Shown piece after piece: positions 38,075-50,670 of a stretch of DNA of 64,000 nucleotides. The translations under genes were made by a program, and so were the position numbers. Origin of the DNA: Octopus sinensis. Its lineage: Eukaryota. Position 1 is the stretch's first letter; each line of letters begins with the position of its first letter. The DNA lies in the NCBI RefSeq assembly GCF_006345805.1, contig NC_042998.1:142662001-142726000 (forward strand), read 5' to 3'. Under the pieces are notes generated by a model, which ran no database searches, was not told where the DNA came from, and saw nothing but the letters and a program-made list of their open reading frames with translations.

Positions 38075-39502
38075 ATTATGGACAGTCATGCTGAAATACA
38101 AAGGCAGCAAACTGCTCGGCAGGCAGGAAAATAAAATGGGTGAGGAGTAGAGGATACATAGGACAAAATATAGAAGGCATTATGGAGGACAGAGTGATGT
38201 AGCAATGTAAAGATGACAATAGGGTGACTTAAATATAGATATGAGAGAGGCATTTTGACAAAACAAGCTTGTACAGACCTCAGACGATCGAAAGGGCACA
38301 AGGAAAGCAAAATGAGTCAGTGTCTATGTATGTGTAGTTCTGTAAACGTATGTGTATATTTTGTGAATGTGTATGTGTGTGTATTTCTGTAAATGTGTGT
38401 GCTTTAGTAGATGTGTATCTCGTGAATGCGTATTTGTATATGAGCATATATGCGTATGTTGTGGATTGTGTGTCTATCTTGTGAATGCGTGTTTGTATGT
38501 GTGAGAATTTCTGTACATAAGTATGTTGTGAATGTGTGTGTCTATGTATGCGTCTGTATGTATGTGCATTTGCCTCTGTAAATGTGTCTTTATGTTCTGA
38601 ACGTATCTATGTATGTGTCTTTCTAGGAAAGAGTACGCGTGTTGTGAATGTGTGCGAACGTGTATGTGCGTGCGTGCGTGTGACATATTCTGACATCAGG
38701 ATGGAATGTGTGTGTTTCTGCACGTCCGCATAAGTGTATGTATGTGTATATTAATGCTTGAAATGAGTGTATGATTATTGCTGTGTAATTCTGCGTATTA
38801 TGTGTATGTGTGTGTATGCGTGTATGTGTGGTGTGCACCTATATACATCAAACTGATACGGGTAATCACACACATACTCAAATATATTTTTTGTCGAGAT
38901 ATATATTTCTTTACTACCCACAAACGGATTAAGTCGAGTATATCGACCCCAATGCCTCACTGGTACTTAATTTATCGACCCCGAAAGGATGGAAGGCAAA
39001 GTCGACAGAATTCTTAAGACCGGTTTATCGATTTCCATGGCGTAAAAATGACTGCGATCACAGCATTCCCCCTGAACGGCACCTCGGTCTGTTATAAGGT
39101 TCAAGGCCTGCAAGTCAATTACATAGACCAGAGTGCTCCACTGGTACTTATTTTATCGACCTCGAAAGAATGAAAAAAGTGAAGTCGACCTCGGTAGAAT
39201 TTGAACTCAGAGCATAAAGACGAACGAAATGCCACTCAGAGTTTAATTTTGTCCTGAGTGCTAACGAGTCTGCCAGCTTGTCCCCTTATCTTTTATCTTT
39301 TACTTGTTTCAGCCGTTTGACTGCTGCCATGCTGGGGCACCGCCGTGAAGGGTTTTAGTCGAACAAATCGACCCTAGGACATGTTTTAAAGCTTGGTGCA
39401 TATTCTAACGGTGTCTTTTGCAGGGACGGAAACATGCCAACATCGGTTGTCAAGCGGTGGCGGGAACAAACACAGACACACACATACACATTTAGATATA
39501 TC

Positions 39503-40878
39503 CAGAGGTGGGCCCCGTTAATCGAAAAGTTAATTTCGTTAACTTTTACTGAAAAAAAAAAAGCGTAACTACAGTTTAATACCTGACCGACTTTGTTGCC
39601 TCATAACTTCCAGAAAAAAATGGATACTTTTTAACGAAACTTTCACCAAATAATCGCTTATATTTTGTAGATTAAGTGTATGTAAAGATTTGTTGCAAAA
39701 AGTTTTCCGAGGTGTTGGGGAGAGGAGTCTCAGAAAATTATTTGTAACTTTGTGAATTTTTTACATACAGATTTGAAATTTTGTCGGTGAGTGCTTTATA
39801 TACCACTGGTTTATAGTCATGTAATTTTAGCTGATCTTGCCGAGTAAATTTGACTTTTATGGGCGGGTAAATTTAATTAACAGGTGTAAAAGCAATAACA
39901 TTATGGATAAACACTAAAATTGAAATTCTTAATGCATCTTACCTGTTTGATTTAGTACTAAAATTATCCCAGTGGTAACCGACAAAAAATTTGCCAATTT
40001 TCAAAATGAGGAACATTAATTTGAATTAATTAAAATATAGGTATAATCGGTACAAGATTTTATTCTTTCGGTAAATATTTCGTATCTCAGTGTGAAATAA
40101 TTTTTTTCCACAGTTTTTCTCGGGTGCATACAACGTATTTGACCTCCAAACTTGCCGCAAGCCACTTTTTTCCGGAAAAGAAAGGTGGGTGGGGTGGTGG
40201 GAACCTCGAAGTTTCCCACCAAGGGAGTTTTTTTTTTCTCAGGTTATTTTGCATGCTTTCAACGAATGTGACCTCGAAATCTCGCGTAAACTTTTTCCAG
40301 AAAAGGAAAGATTTGGCTGCTATTTCTAGCATGCCCTGCTACCACGTAACAGTTATTTGCGCTCGCACCGAAATATTTGCGTTCACACCGAAATATTTAC
40401 CAGCTTTTTACCCTTCCATTTATTCTTTCCACTTCATGGAAGTCAATATTTTCTATGTTGACATCCACCTCAGCGAGGTCACGGATCGAGTAGAAATACA
40501 TAAATCATTGTTCCCTCTTGACAAGACAAAGAAATTTCCTGCTGTCTATGCAAGCAACAAGCAGGTGGATTTGGTTTCAAATCCAGGCAGGGCCAAACGA
40601 GGTCCTACAAGCTATTTATAATAAGTGGCGTTATATCGGGGTTAAAAGGATGACGTGTACAGTATTAATATACTAAGCACAACAGAAACTTTTAAACATT
40701 TATCGGATTTTATTAAATCTTTGGGGTTAACGGACTTGAGTTAACGGAAGCTAAATGTAATGGAAGTTAATTAGTCTGATAATAATTTTCAAAGTTAACT
40801 TAAAAGTTAAATCGTTAACGAAAATATTAACTTAGTTAATTAACGATTAACGGATTCACAGATTTACGCCCAGCACTG
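39503..40878. mobile_element. hAT-superfamily non-autonomous element inserted into a SINE-A
   Basis: Ends CAGAGGTGGGC / GCCCAGCACTG. Perfect 8-bp TSD GATATATC at 39495-39502 and 40879-40886. Many GTTAAC/TTAACG subterminal motifs. SINE-A halves lie at ~39288-39500 and ~40887-41050. Confidence 0.88.
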
Positions 40879-41435
40879 GATATATCCTTTTACATATATA
40901 CGACGGGATTTTTTCAGTTTCCACTCACAAGTCTTTGGTTGACCTGAGACTATAGTAGAATACACTTGCCTAAGGTACTACGCAGTGAGACAGGACTCGG
41001 AACCATGTGATTGGGATGCAAGCTTCTTACCACACAGCCACGCCTGTGCCCAAAGCATTGCCTTCGTTTTTCCACCTTTTAATTGTTTGAATCATTGGAC
41101 TGCAGCCAAGCTGGGGCACCGCTTTGAAGAGTTTTGGTCGAACAAAGCGACACAAGCACTTATTTTTAAGCTTGATATTTATTTGATCGTATTCTTTTGC
41201 GAACCGCTAGGCTACGAAGACTTAAACCAACACCGGTTATCAGGCAGGGTTGAGGCAAACAAACACAAAGACATACATATAAGCGCGCGCGTATGTGTGT
41301 GTGTGTGTGTGTATTCTTTATTTGTGAATTAAGGCTACCATTGGTTTCATGTTAATGGTAGCTTTAATTCACAAATAAAGAAATTATATCCAACATTGCG
41401 GTGCTGAGCACTTATTTTCACCGTTCGACATTTAC

Positions 41436-41504
<69 letters not shown>

Positions 41505-41508
<4 letters not shown>

Positions 41509-41856
41509 GTCATCTCATAAATAATGCAGTTTTTTCAATTACGAGGAGGATACTCTAGATCTGGAACAGTTTGAATGGGAACCGATGCCCCACCCAACAT
41601 ATTATCCGGACATTGCCTCATCTGATTATCATTTATTCCGCAGTCTTCAAAATCAGACGAGGTCAGAACAGTACTGGAGGAGTAATTTTCGTCACAGACA
41701 AGTGAATTTTGGAAGAGAGGCCTTGCAAGTCTACCAGAAAGATGGAGGAGCATTGTAGAAAATGAAGGAGAGTATATTTTAGATTACAAAAGAACTTTGT
41801 TTATCGTAACTTTGAAAAATAAAAGAAGTATAAAAAAACGCATTATTTGGGATGAC
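41505..41856 (+). mobile_element. Internally deleted mariner (MITE-sized) in (TA)n
   Basis: TIRs GTCATCTCATAAATAATGCAGTTTTTT / AAAAAAACGCATTATTT.GGGATGAC. Retains HPTYYPDIASSDYHLFRSLQN and RGLASLPERWRSIVENEGEYILD. Confidence 0.85.
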
Positions 41857-42409
41857 TATATATATATATTTATATATATATATATATATAATCTGCTTGT
41901 TCGTTCGCCCGTTATACTTTAGTTAGAGAAGTGGGGATGAAGTGAGAGGTACAGTAAAAGTGAGAGAGCGAGAGAGAGGAGGAGGAGGAGGAGGAGGAGG
42001 AATGTGCGTAGAGAAGAAAAAAGAGAAGAGTATAATAATACACTAAGGCCAAATGCATCACGTGATAAGATGAAGGGAGGGCCGAAGACGAGAGAAAAAC
42101 ATGGTGAGAGAAAAACATGGTGAGAGAAAAGGAGGAGAGAGAAGTGTTAACGACGTGTTGTAGAGCGGGGAGAGAAAGGTAAATAGACAGAGATGTTTAG
42201 GATACAATATTTAGCAGGTGATGTTCTGGTGGTGAGGTTAAAGAAAGGCAGATAGAGATGGACAGGAGAGACAGTTACATTTAGAAAAAGAGAGAGAAGC
42301 AGATAGTATTTGTATTGTCAGAGCAGAGATACATGAACAGAAAGAAAAAGTAAATTCGAACAAACAGCTGAACTGAAATGAAATGAGCTTTGTTACTGAA
42401 AACTATAGT

Positions 42410-42414
42410 GATGG

Positions 42415-42475
<61 letters not shown>

Positions 42476-42489
42476 AATGATGATGATGA

Positions 42490-42535
<46 letters not shown>

Positions 42536-42560
42536 GGTGGTGGTGGTGGTGGTGGTGGTG
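42410..42560. repeat. Compound (GAT)n-(GTT)n-(GGT)n microsatellite
   Basis: Direct inspection. Confidence 0.95.
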
Positions 42561-43020
42561 TGTTGATAGTGAAAAGTATTTGTTTATTGAACAAATTTGT
42601 TATTCCTCTACCTGTTTGTAGAAGAATAATATAGTTTGAGGGGAGAAGGATATGGAGTGAGAGAGAATGGAAGAGGGAATGTGATAGTGACTGAGAAGAG
42701 CAGATAACCACCCGATGCATTATGCTGTCACTCATGTGGTTAGTGAAAGTGAGATGTGAAGAGAAAGAAAGAAATGTTAAAGTCATGAAGAGGGGAATCA
42801 TATGGTTAACATGTCCGTTGGATGGGTAGAGAGAAAGAGAAAAATATAAAGTGCTTAGCAGAGGGAAATTTTAAAATCATATAATATATTATTGTGACTG
42901 GATGTGATATAGCTTAGCAAAATGAAACTAAAAAGGCAAATCTTCTTTTCTTTCTTAAATTGCTTCTCTTAATTTTTTGCGTTCTGTAGAATTTTCATAT
43001 CTCCCACTTGTATATATATA

Positions 43021-44213
43021 CGAGGGGGTACCCAAAAATAATCGAAAACCTTCACTGAGGGACATCCCGTCGTAGTTCAGGCTTCCGGCGCTAGAAGCCA
43101 CTTAATGCGATCCTCAGACATCAGTATGCCGACCCGCGTCGTCCACTGAGGTCGTACTGTCACGTGGTGCATCTTTGTTTTGTAGTGCTCTTCCCTGTTT
43201 GTCGATTTCTGCGATAGCCGAAACGAAGGAACAATGTACTTCCGTGAAATTCTGTTTTCTGCGGAGAAAACGGCGACCAAAACAGTTGCCATGCATCAAA
43301 CAGCTTACAAGGACGCAAAACACATGAGCCAAACATAAGTTTACGAGTGGTTTTCACGCTTTAGGAATGATCCCTGGTCGCTTGAAGACCAACCTCGTTT
43401 AGGGTGACTGCTGACCTCCTGGACATCACGATAATTCGTGAGGTTATCTCGGAGGACCGTCACCGAACAATTGAAAAACTCGTTGATATGACTGATGTGT
43501 TCTAGAGCTTCTACCAATGAATTTTGAGCGAGGAATTGCGAATGAAGAGAGTTGCAGCAAAATTTGTGCCTCGCTTGCTCTTGGAAGATCAAAAGCAGTC
43601 AAGACTGAATGCGTTCAAGTCAATGGAAGAATTCAATGTCACCACGCGTCAAGTGAAGTCCAATGTCAAGACGATGCTGGTTTGTTTCATCGATGCGAAA
43701 GGAATTGTCTGCGCAGAATTTGTTCCTCTTGGTCAAACTGTTCACCATACATTTTACTTAGAAGTTCTGAAGCGTCTGCGGGACTCGATGAAACGAAAAT
43801 GCAACGACCTGCGGCAAAGTGGAAAGCGGTGGTCTCATCACGACAATGCACCTGCGCACACTGCTCTGAGTGTGAAACAGTTTTTGACCAAAAATGGCAT
43901 GATCCTGCTTATCCACTCTTCCCTCTTCACCCGATCTTTCTCCCTGCAACTTTTTTTGGTTCCCCCCAAACGAAAAAATCCTCAAAGGAAAACGTTTTGT
44001 AGATGTGAAAGAGGTGAAGAAAAAAACAACAGAGGCGTTAAAAGGCATCACTTCGCAAAAGTTGCAGGACAGCTTCGAACAACGGAAAACGCGTTTGGTC
44101 CGGTGCATTGCTTCAAATGGAGAATACTTTGAAGGCGATAAAAGTGTAAACATGTAAAACTAAGTGAATAAGATGATATTGTAAAATTCCGGTTTCTTTT
44201 GGGTAACCTCTGG
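43021..44213 (+). mobile_element. Mariner (DD34D) transposon with an internal deletion
   Basis: TIRs CGAGGGGGTACCCAAAA / TTTTGGGTAACCTCTGG flanked by TA. Peptides VYEWFSRFR..LEDQPRLG, KFVPRLL, KTMLVCFIDAKGIVCAEFVPLGQTV, HHDNAPAH. The region around the first catalytic Asp is missing. Confidence 0.9.
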
Positions 44214-45520
44214 TATATATATATATATATATATACCAGAGGTTACCCAAAAGAAACCGGAATATACATATATATAAAATGTACGACGTGCTTCCACAGT
44301 TTTACTCACTAGGCATTGGTTAGACCGGGGCAAAAATAAAAGATACTTACTCAAAGTGCTGCGCAATGGAACTAAACCCGAAATTATGTGATTGCAAAGC
44401 GAGTTTCTTAAATACACACTCCCTATTATATATATAAATTAATTATTTAAATAATTCTTTCTATTATTGGCACAAAGCCAACAATTCTGCAAGAGAAGGT
44501 CAGTCAACTTGGCTAGTACTTATTTTATCGACTCCCAAAAGAATGGAAAATATAGTCGACCTTGGCGTAATTTGAATTAAGAAATGTTGTGAAATATTTT
44601 GTCCTACGTGCTAAAGATTCTGCCAACTAGCCGCCTTATTTGTATATAAATCAATTAATGATTCCAAACTTTGGCATAAGACCTGCAAGTAAAGGGGTAA
44701 ATCGATTACATCGACCCCAGTGTTCAACTGGTACTTATTCTATCGAGCCCGAAAGGATAAAAAGCAAAGTACAGGTCAGCGATGTTTGAATTCAGAACGT
44801 AAAAACTGACAAACTGCCGCTAAGCATCCTACCCGACATGCTGTGGATTCTGCTAGCTCGTCGCCCTTCTCTATATATATATTGATTAATATAAACCCAA
44901 CATATTTGGGGGTATCACCTGAAAATATCCGACAGAATATCGCCTGAAGGAATGGGTGGTTATGTAACAATACGAAATTTACGTAACCTTTAACTATTAA
45001 GTTTCACAATGAAAATCGTATTTGTAATAAACCACGCTAGTGAAACACGTTTTGTGATGTTTTGAACTATCCATTTGTTTTCATTTTCGTTTACTAAACA
45101 TTACACCGCGTAAAATATACCAACCATATGCTTGATACATACACGGATCAGCAGGATACCCGGAACCATTGAACAACTGTTTAACTGTTTAAACGTTGCT
45201 GGTTTGACGAGACGAATTACTGAGAATACTTATTTGCGGAGGAATTTCTTTAATTAAACATACGCGGAGGTGCTTCTAGGTTAATTTGCGTTTTAATATA
45301 CCTACATACATACACAACACAAACACACGTACGCACACACACATATACATGCACACACGCACACACACACACGCGCACACACACACACTGACACACACAC
45401 GCACACATATACATATAGGGAGAGACAGACAGGAAATACACATACATATATAAATGTGTGTGTGTGTGTATGCATGCATGCATGTATATGTATGTATGTG
45501 TGTATATGAGTATGTGTGCA

Positions 45521-45566
<46 letters not shown>

Positions 45567-45840
45567 ATATATAATATATATATATATATATACACATATA
45601 TACGTCTATCTGTCTGTCTGCTTCTCTCTCTCTCTCTGTCTCTGCCTGTCTGTCTGTCTGTCTGTCTCTGTCTCTCTCTCTCTCTCTCTCTCTGTATATA
45701 TATATATATAATCAGCCGAAATTACTACGATGATCCGGTTCTTGACTGAAGACTGAGGGTTTCGAATGTCCTGTCCGTGTTTATTGTATCGTCTTCTAAG
45801 AGTTATACGTTCTTGTCCATGTTGTATTTTTCTACATACC

Positions 45841-45875
<35 letters not shown>

Positions 45876-46131
45876 TTCGAAATTGTACAATACGAAAAGA
45901 CAGAAATAGGTGAGAGAACAGGGTGTATTATTTTGACGCTCTGAAAAAGTGGAAGAGATTTTGACCTTTCGAGCTTGCACTTTTCTACAGAAAAGAACTA
46001 GTAAAGAAAGCAGATGAAGAAAAAGAAAAACATATACATACATACATACATGCATACATACATACATACATACATACATACATACATGCATGCATGCATG
46101 CATGCATGCATGCATACATACATACATACAT

Positions 46132-46162
<31 letters not shown>

Positions 46163-46238
46163 TACATACATACAACATACATACATACATACATACATGC
46201 ATGCATGCATGCATGCATGCATACATACATACATACAT

Positions 46239-46269
<31 letters not shown>

Positions 46270-46312
46270 TACATACATACATACATACATACATACATAC
46301 ATACATACATAC

Positions 46313-47148
46313 ATGTAACAACCGATGCAGACTTTGTGGAGTTCACACTGAAGGTATCACCCACATCATAAGCAGTTGTCCGAAAATGTCATCACGGTAT
46401 TCTCTACCGATGAGACATGACGTTGTACCTAGGACACTCTATAATGAGATCCATCGGAAGGATAATCCCGAGGACAACGAAATGAAACCCCGCAATATGG
46501 TAGAAGTCATAGCCACTCGTAATAAAAAGGAATACTGGTGTAATATACCTGTGAAGACCTCAATAAAATGTAAGCACAATAGACCTGATATAATGATTTG
46601 GGATAGAGAAGAGAAACTGTGCAGAGTTGTGGAAATTAGCTGCCCAGCGGATGTTAACATAAATCTGAAGATCAGTGAAAAAGAGAACACCTATGCTGAG
46701 CTATTGAAAAATCTGCAGTTACTCTATCCAGATTACAAGTTCGGGTTTATAGCTGTAATTATTTGGCCACTGGGATATGTAACATACTGCCTAAATACTA
46801 ACCTTGAGAAATAAGGCTTCTCAAAACCAGATAGGAGAAAGCTTATTCGAAAACTACAAATCCAATCCATCACTGGAACTATAAAAATCTGTAAAACTTT
46901 CCAGAAGTTTATCATTTAAATATATATGAGCATGTCTAGATATGTAACTATATGCATGAGAATACATACATAAAGCATACAAATCTGCACATACATACAT
47001 ACATACAAACATACATACAGACAGACAGACAGACAGACAGACAAAAATGCCCTATTGTTAATGTTGAAATTCCAGTGAAGGAACCTTGGATCTAGGTTAG
47101 AAACCGGTTTTTTATTGGCAAGAAATCTTGAAATAAACTGAATAATGA
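46313..47148 (+). mobile_element. 5'-truncated REL-endonuclease LINE (R4/Dong-like) embedded in (CATA)n
   Basis: CRLCGVHTEGITHIISSC (CCHC), RHD, KHNRPDIMIWD, VVEISCP, EKENTY, YPDYKFGFIAVIIWPLG. The 3' UTR ends AAATAAACTGAATAATGA|CATA. Confidence 0.9.
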
Positions 47149-47248
47149 CATATATACATTCGTGTGTCTATGTGTACACATACACACATATACATACATA
47201 CATATACATACATACATATACATATATATATATATATATTATATATAT

Positions 47249-47321
<73 letters not shown>

Positions 47322-47329
47322 TATATATA

Positions 47330-47371
<42 letters not shown>

Positions 47372-47651
47372 TATGCGATGTAATTTGGTCTAGATGTATG
47401 TGGTTACATATACTGTGAAAAAAATTTATTCAGAACTGCTACTCCTCCCGACTATTTATTTCTCCAATAAATAAATAAATAAATAAATACATGAAGAGGG
47501 AAAAAGAAAGCCAAAAATACAATATATTCATCGGACTATAAAGATTGCAAGTCCATGGAGCGAGAACAGGATGCTAAAGAGGTGTAGTGTAGGGAAAGAG
47601 AACGTAGATGAAGCAAGATGGAAGGAGGGAAAACAAAGATGAGGCAAATAC

Positions 47652-47652
<1 letters not shown>

Positions 47653-47718
<66 letters not shown>

Positions 47719-47799
47719 TGTGTGTGTGTGTGTGTGAGTGTGTGTGCGTGTGTGTGTGTGTGTGTGGGTGGGTCTGTGAGTGAGTGTGTGTGTGTGTGT

Positions 47800-47838
<39 letters not shown>
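47653..47838. repeat. Long (TG)n microsatellite
   Basis: Direct inspection. Confidence 0.95.
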
Positions 47839-47839
<1 letters not shown>

Positions 47840-48092
47840 ACAGACAGCGATAAATTTAGACAAATATAGAGGTAGGCAGACACATATCTAGCGACTTAGA
47901 TTGATAGATAAATACAATGATACATAATGATAGATACGTATGTATGTACATATAATGTACGTATACGTAATTCAAACATGATTTGATGTAAAACTCAACA
48001 TACTCGTAAGCGTGGATATGACTGTTCACGACAGTCGTAAAGAGCTCAACGCGGGAAAGTGGGAGTAGACTTATAATAAACTCACACACACA

Positions 48093-48127
<35 letters not shown>

Positions 48128-48522
48128 TACATACATACATACATACATACATACAGACATACATACATACATACATACATACATACATACATACATACAT
48201 ACATACATACATACATACATGCATGCATACATATATATATAAATATATATATATACACATATACATATCTAATATAAAACTTAGGTAGCAGGGTGATGTT
48301 CAAAAGAAGACACAGTTGGAAAACGCATTGTGATCAGCAGTGTATAACGATATTGGACAGTCTGGTCTGGTCGATACCCTGTTCCCGTGATACTGTAATA
48401 CTTATGATGTGTGTGCGTGTATAATATATATATATATATACACATTCAAAATGTGAACGCGTGTGTACCGTTGGCGATTTTTTTCCTCTGTCTTCCCTTC
48501 TCTGGATCTTTCCTTCTCCTAT

Positions 48523-48557
48523 GTTTCCGACGAAGAGCTCCGCTCGAAACGTTAAAC
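48523..48557 (+). ncRNA. Minimal type I hammerhead ribozyme (U4C core variant)
   Basis: GTTT-CCGACGA-A-GAGC tcc GCTC-GAAA-C-GTT|AAAC. Stem I GTTT/AAAC, stem II GAGC/GCTC, palindromic ACGT stem III. Confidence 0.7.
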
Positions 48558-48651
48558 CCTCCTTCTTTCCTTCTTTCCTGAGCGTCCAATAATACTATAT
48601 TTGTTCCACGTCCTCGCGTTTTTTTGTGTGCTTTCTTGTTTGGATTAACTT

Positions 48652-48692
<41 letters not shown>

Positions 48693-49075
48693 TAGATATA
48701 TATATATATATATACATATATACATGTGTGTGTGTGTGTATCGTCATGTTCCAGTTGATCCGATTAACGTGGGTCAAGTGGCTGAGCACTCCACAGACAT
48801 GTGTACTCTTAATGTAGTTCTCGGGGAGATTCAGCGTGACAAGGCTGAAACACGAGTACAACAGAAACAAGAAGAGTGAGAGAAAGTTGTGGTGAAAGTA
48901 CAGCAGGGTTCGCCACCACCCACTGCCGGAGACTCGTGGAGCTTTAGGTGTTTTCGGTCAACAAAGACTCACAACGCCCAGTCTGGGAATCGAAACCGCG
49001 ATCCTATTACCGCGAGTCTGCTGCCCTAACCACTGGGCCATTGCACCTCACACACACATGCACATATAATGTATG

Positions 49076-49174
<99 letters not shown>

Positions 49175-49297
49175 ATATCATAATTAAGGGCGCTGGAGGG
49201 TCAACGCCAATACGCTAGAACACACACTCACTAAATGATAACACTATAAATAGGCATGTTGGTAAGGGGAGTAGACAGACAGACAGACAGACAGTAG

Positions 49298-49368
<71 letters not shown>

Positions 49369-49721
49369 CAGATAGGCTGAGAAGGAGAGAGTGTGAGAGA
49401 GATCGAGATTGTATCATTTGATAAATATAGTCATACTTAGATATACATTAAATATAGACATATGATCAGACGAGCGGGAAGGGGAGAGAGACAGAGAGGA
49501 AGAGAAAGAGACCGGGAGATTAAACAGATAGTGGGGAAAGAGAGAGATTAAGGTGGGAGGAAATGTGGAGATATTTGGAACCAGTGTTCCATTTGATTCA
49601 TAAATACACTTAATGGCGCAGACACAGGGTCGCAAGTGTAGGTGGGGTGGAAGGATTGTATGAAATGTTCGTAATACAGTCATGCGATGTATATATGTAT
49701 CTTATATGTGTTGTGCGTGAG

Positions 49722-49757
<36 letters not shown>

Positions 49758-49765
49758 ATATATAT

Positions 49766-49801
<36 letters not shown>

Positions 49802-49816
49802 TATACTTTTTACCCG

Positions 49817-49850
<34 letters not shown>

Positions 49851-50262
49851 CTCTTCCTTTCACACCTCACCCTCTGTATATTCTTTTATTCTTTTAATCT
49901 TATTGTTTCAGTCATTTGACTGCGGCCATACTGAAGCACCACGTTTTAGTCGAACAAGTCGATCCCAAGACTTATTCTTTGTAAGCCTAGTACTTATTCT
50001 ATCGGCCTCTTTTGCCGAACCGCCCGAAGCTAAAGTAGAAGACACTTGTCCAAGATGTCACGCCGTGGGACTGAACCCGGAACCATGTGGTTGGTAAGCA
50101 AGCTACTATATATATATATATATACTTTATTTAAAGCAACGTGAAACTCAGAGTAACAGATTTTGTTGAATTTTCTGCTGCTTTAAATAAAGCATATTAC
50201 TCTACCACTGGTATTTGAGTACACTTTTTTCCACCTTGTTTCACATTTATGTGTTTACTCTC

Positions 50263-50304
<42 letters not shown>

Positions 50305-50532
50305 ATATTATATATATATATGTGTGTGCTTGTGTCTGTGTTTATCCTCCTAGCATCTCTTGGCAACCGATGTTGGAGTGTTTACGTCCCCGTAACTTGG
50401 CGGTTCGGTTAAAGAGACGGAAAGAATAAGTACTAAACTTACAAAGAATAACTCCTGGCGTCGCATGGCCGCAGTCAAGATGACTGAACCAAATAAAAGT
50501 ATATATATGTATGGATGTGTGTATATTTATAT

Positions 50533-50569
<37 letters not shown>

Positions 50570-50575
50570 TTCATC

Positions 50576-50670
50576 CAGATATTTTGGGCTGAGGAGCTAC
50601 AAGTGGATTTTTTTGTAAGTAAAATTACATTTAATTCATTAATAGCGAAACAATTGTCCCAAAATATCTG
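50576..50670 (+). ncRNA. Type I hammerhead ribozyme with intact catalytic core
   Basis: CAGATATTTTGGG-CTGAGGA-GCTA...TAGC-GAAA-CAATTG-TC|CCAAAATATCTG. Stem I is 12 bp with a 1-nt bulge, stem II is extended, stem III ACAATTGT is palindromic, and the cleavage triplet is GUC. Confidence 0.85.

Noticed and set aside
40124-40621. 165-aa ORF inside the hAT element as a transposase
   Set aside because: No hAT motifs (BED finger, DDE, dimerisation domain) are recognisable.
45750-45775. CTGAAGA...CGAATGTC as a possible hammerhead
   Set aside because: GAAA is absent (GAAT) and no stem II or stem I pairing could be drawn.
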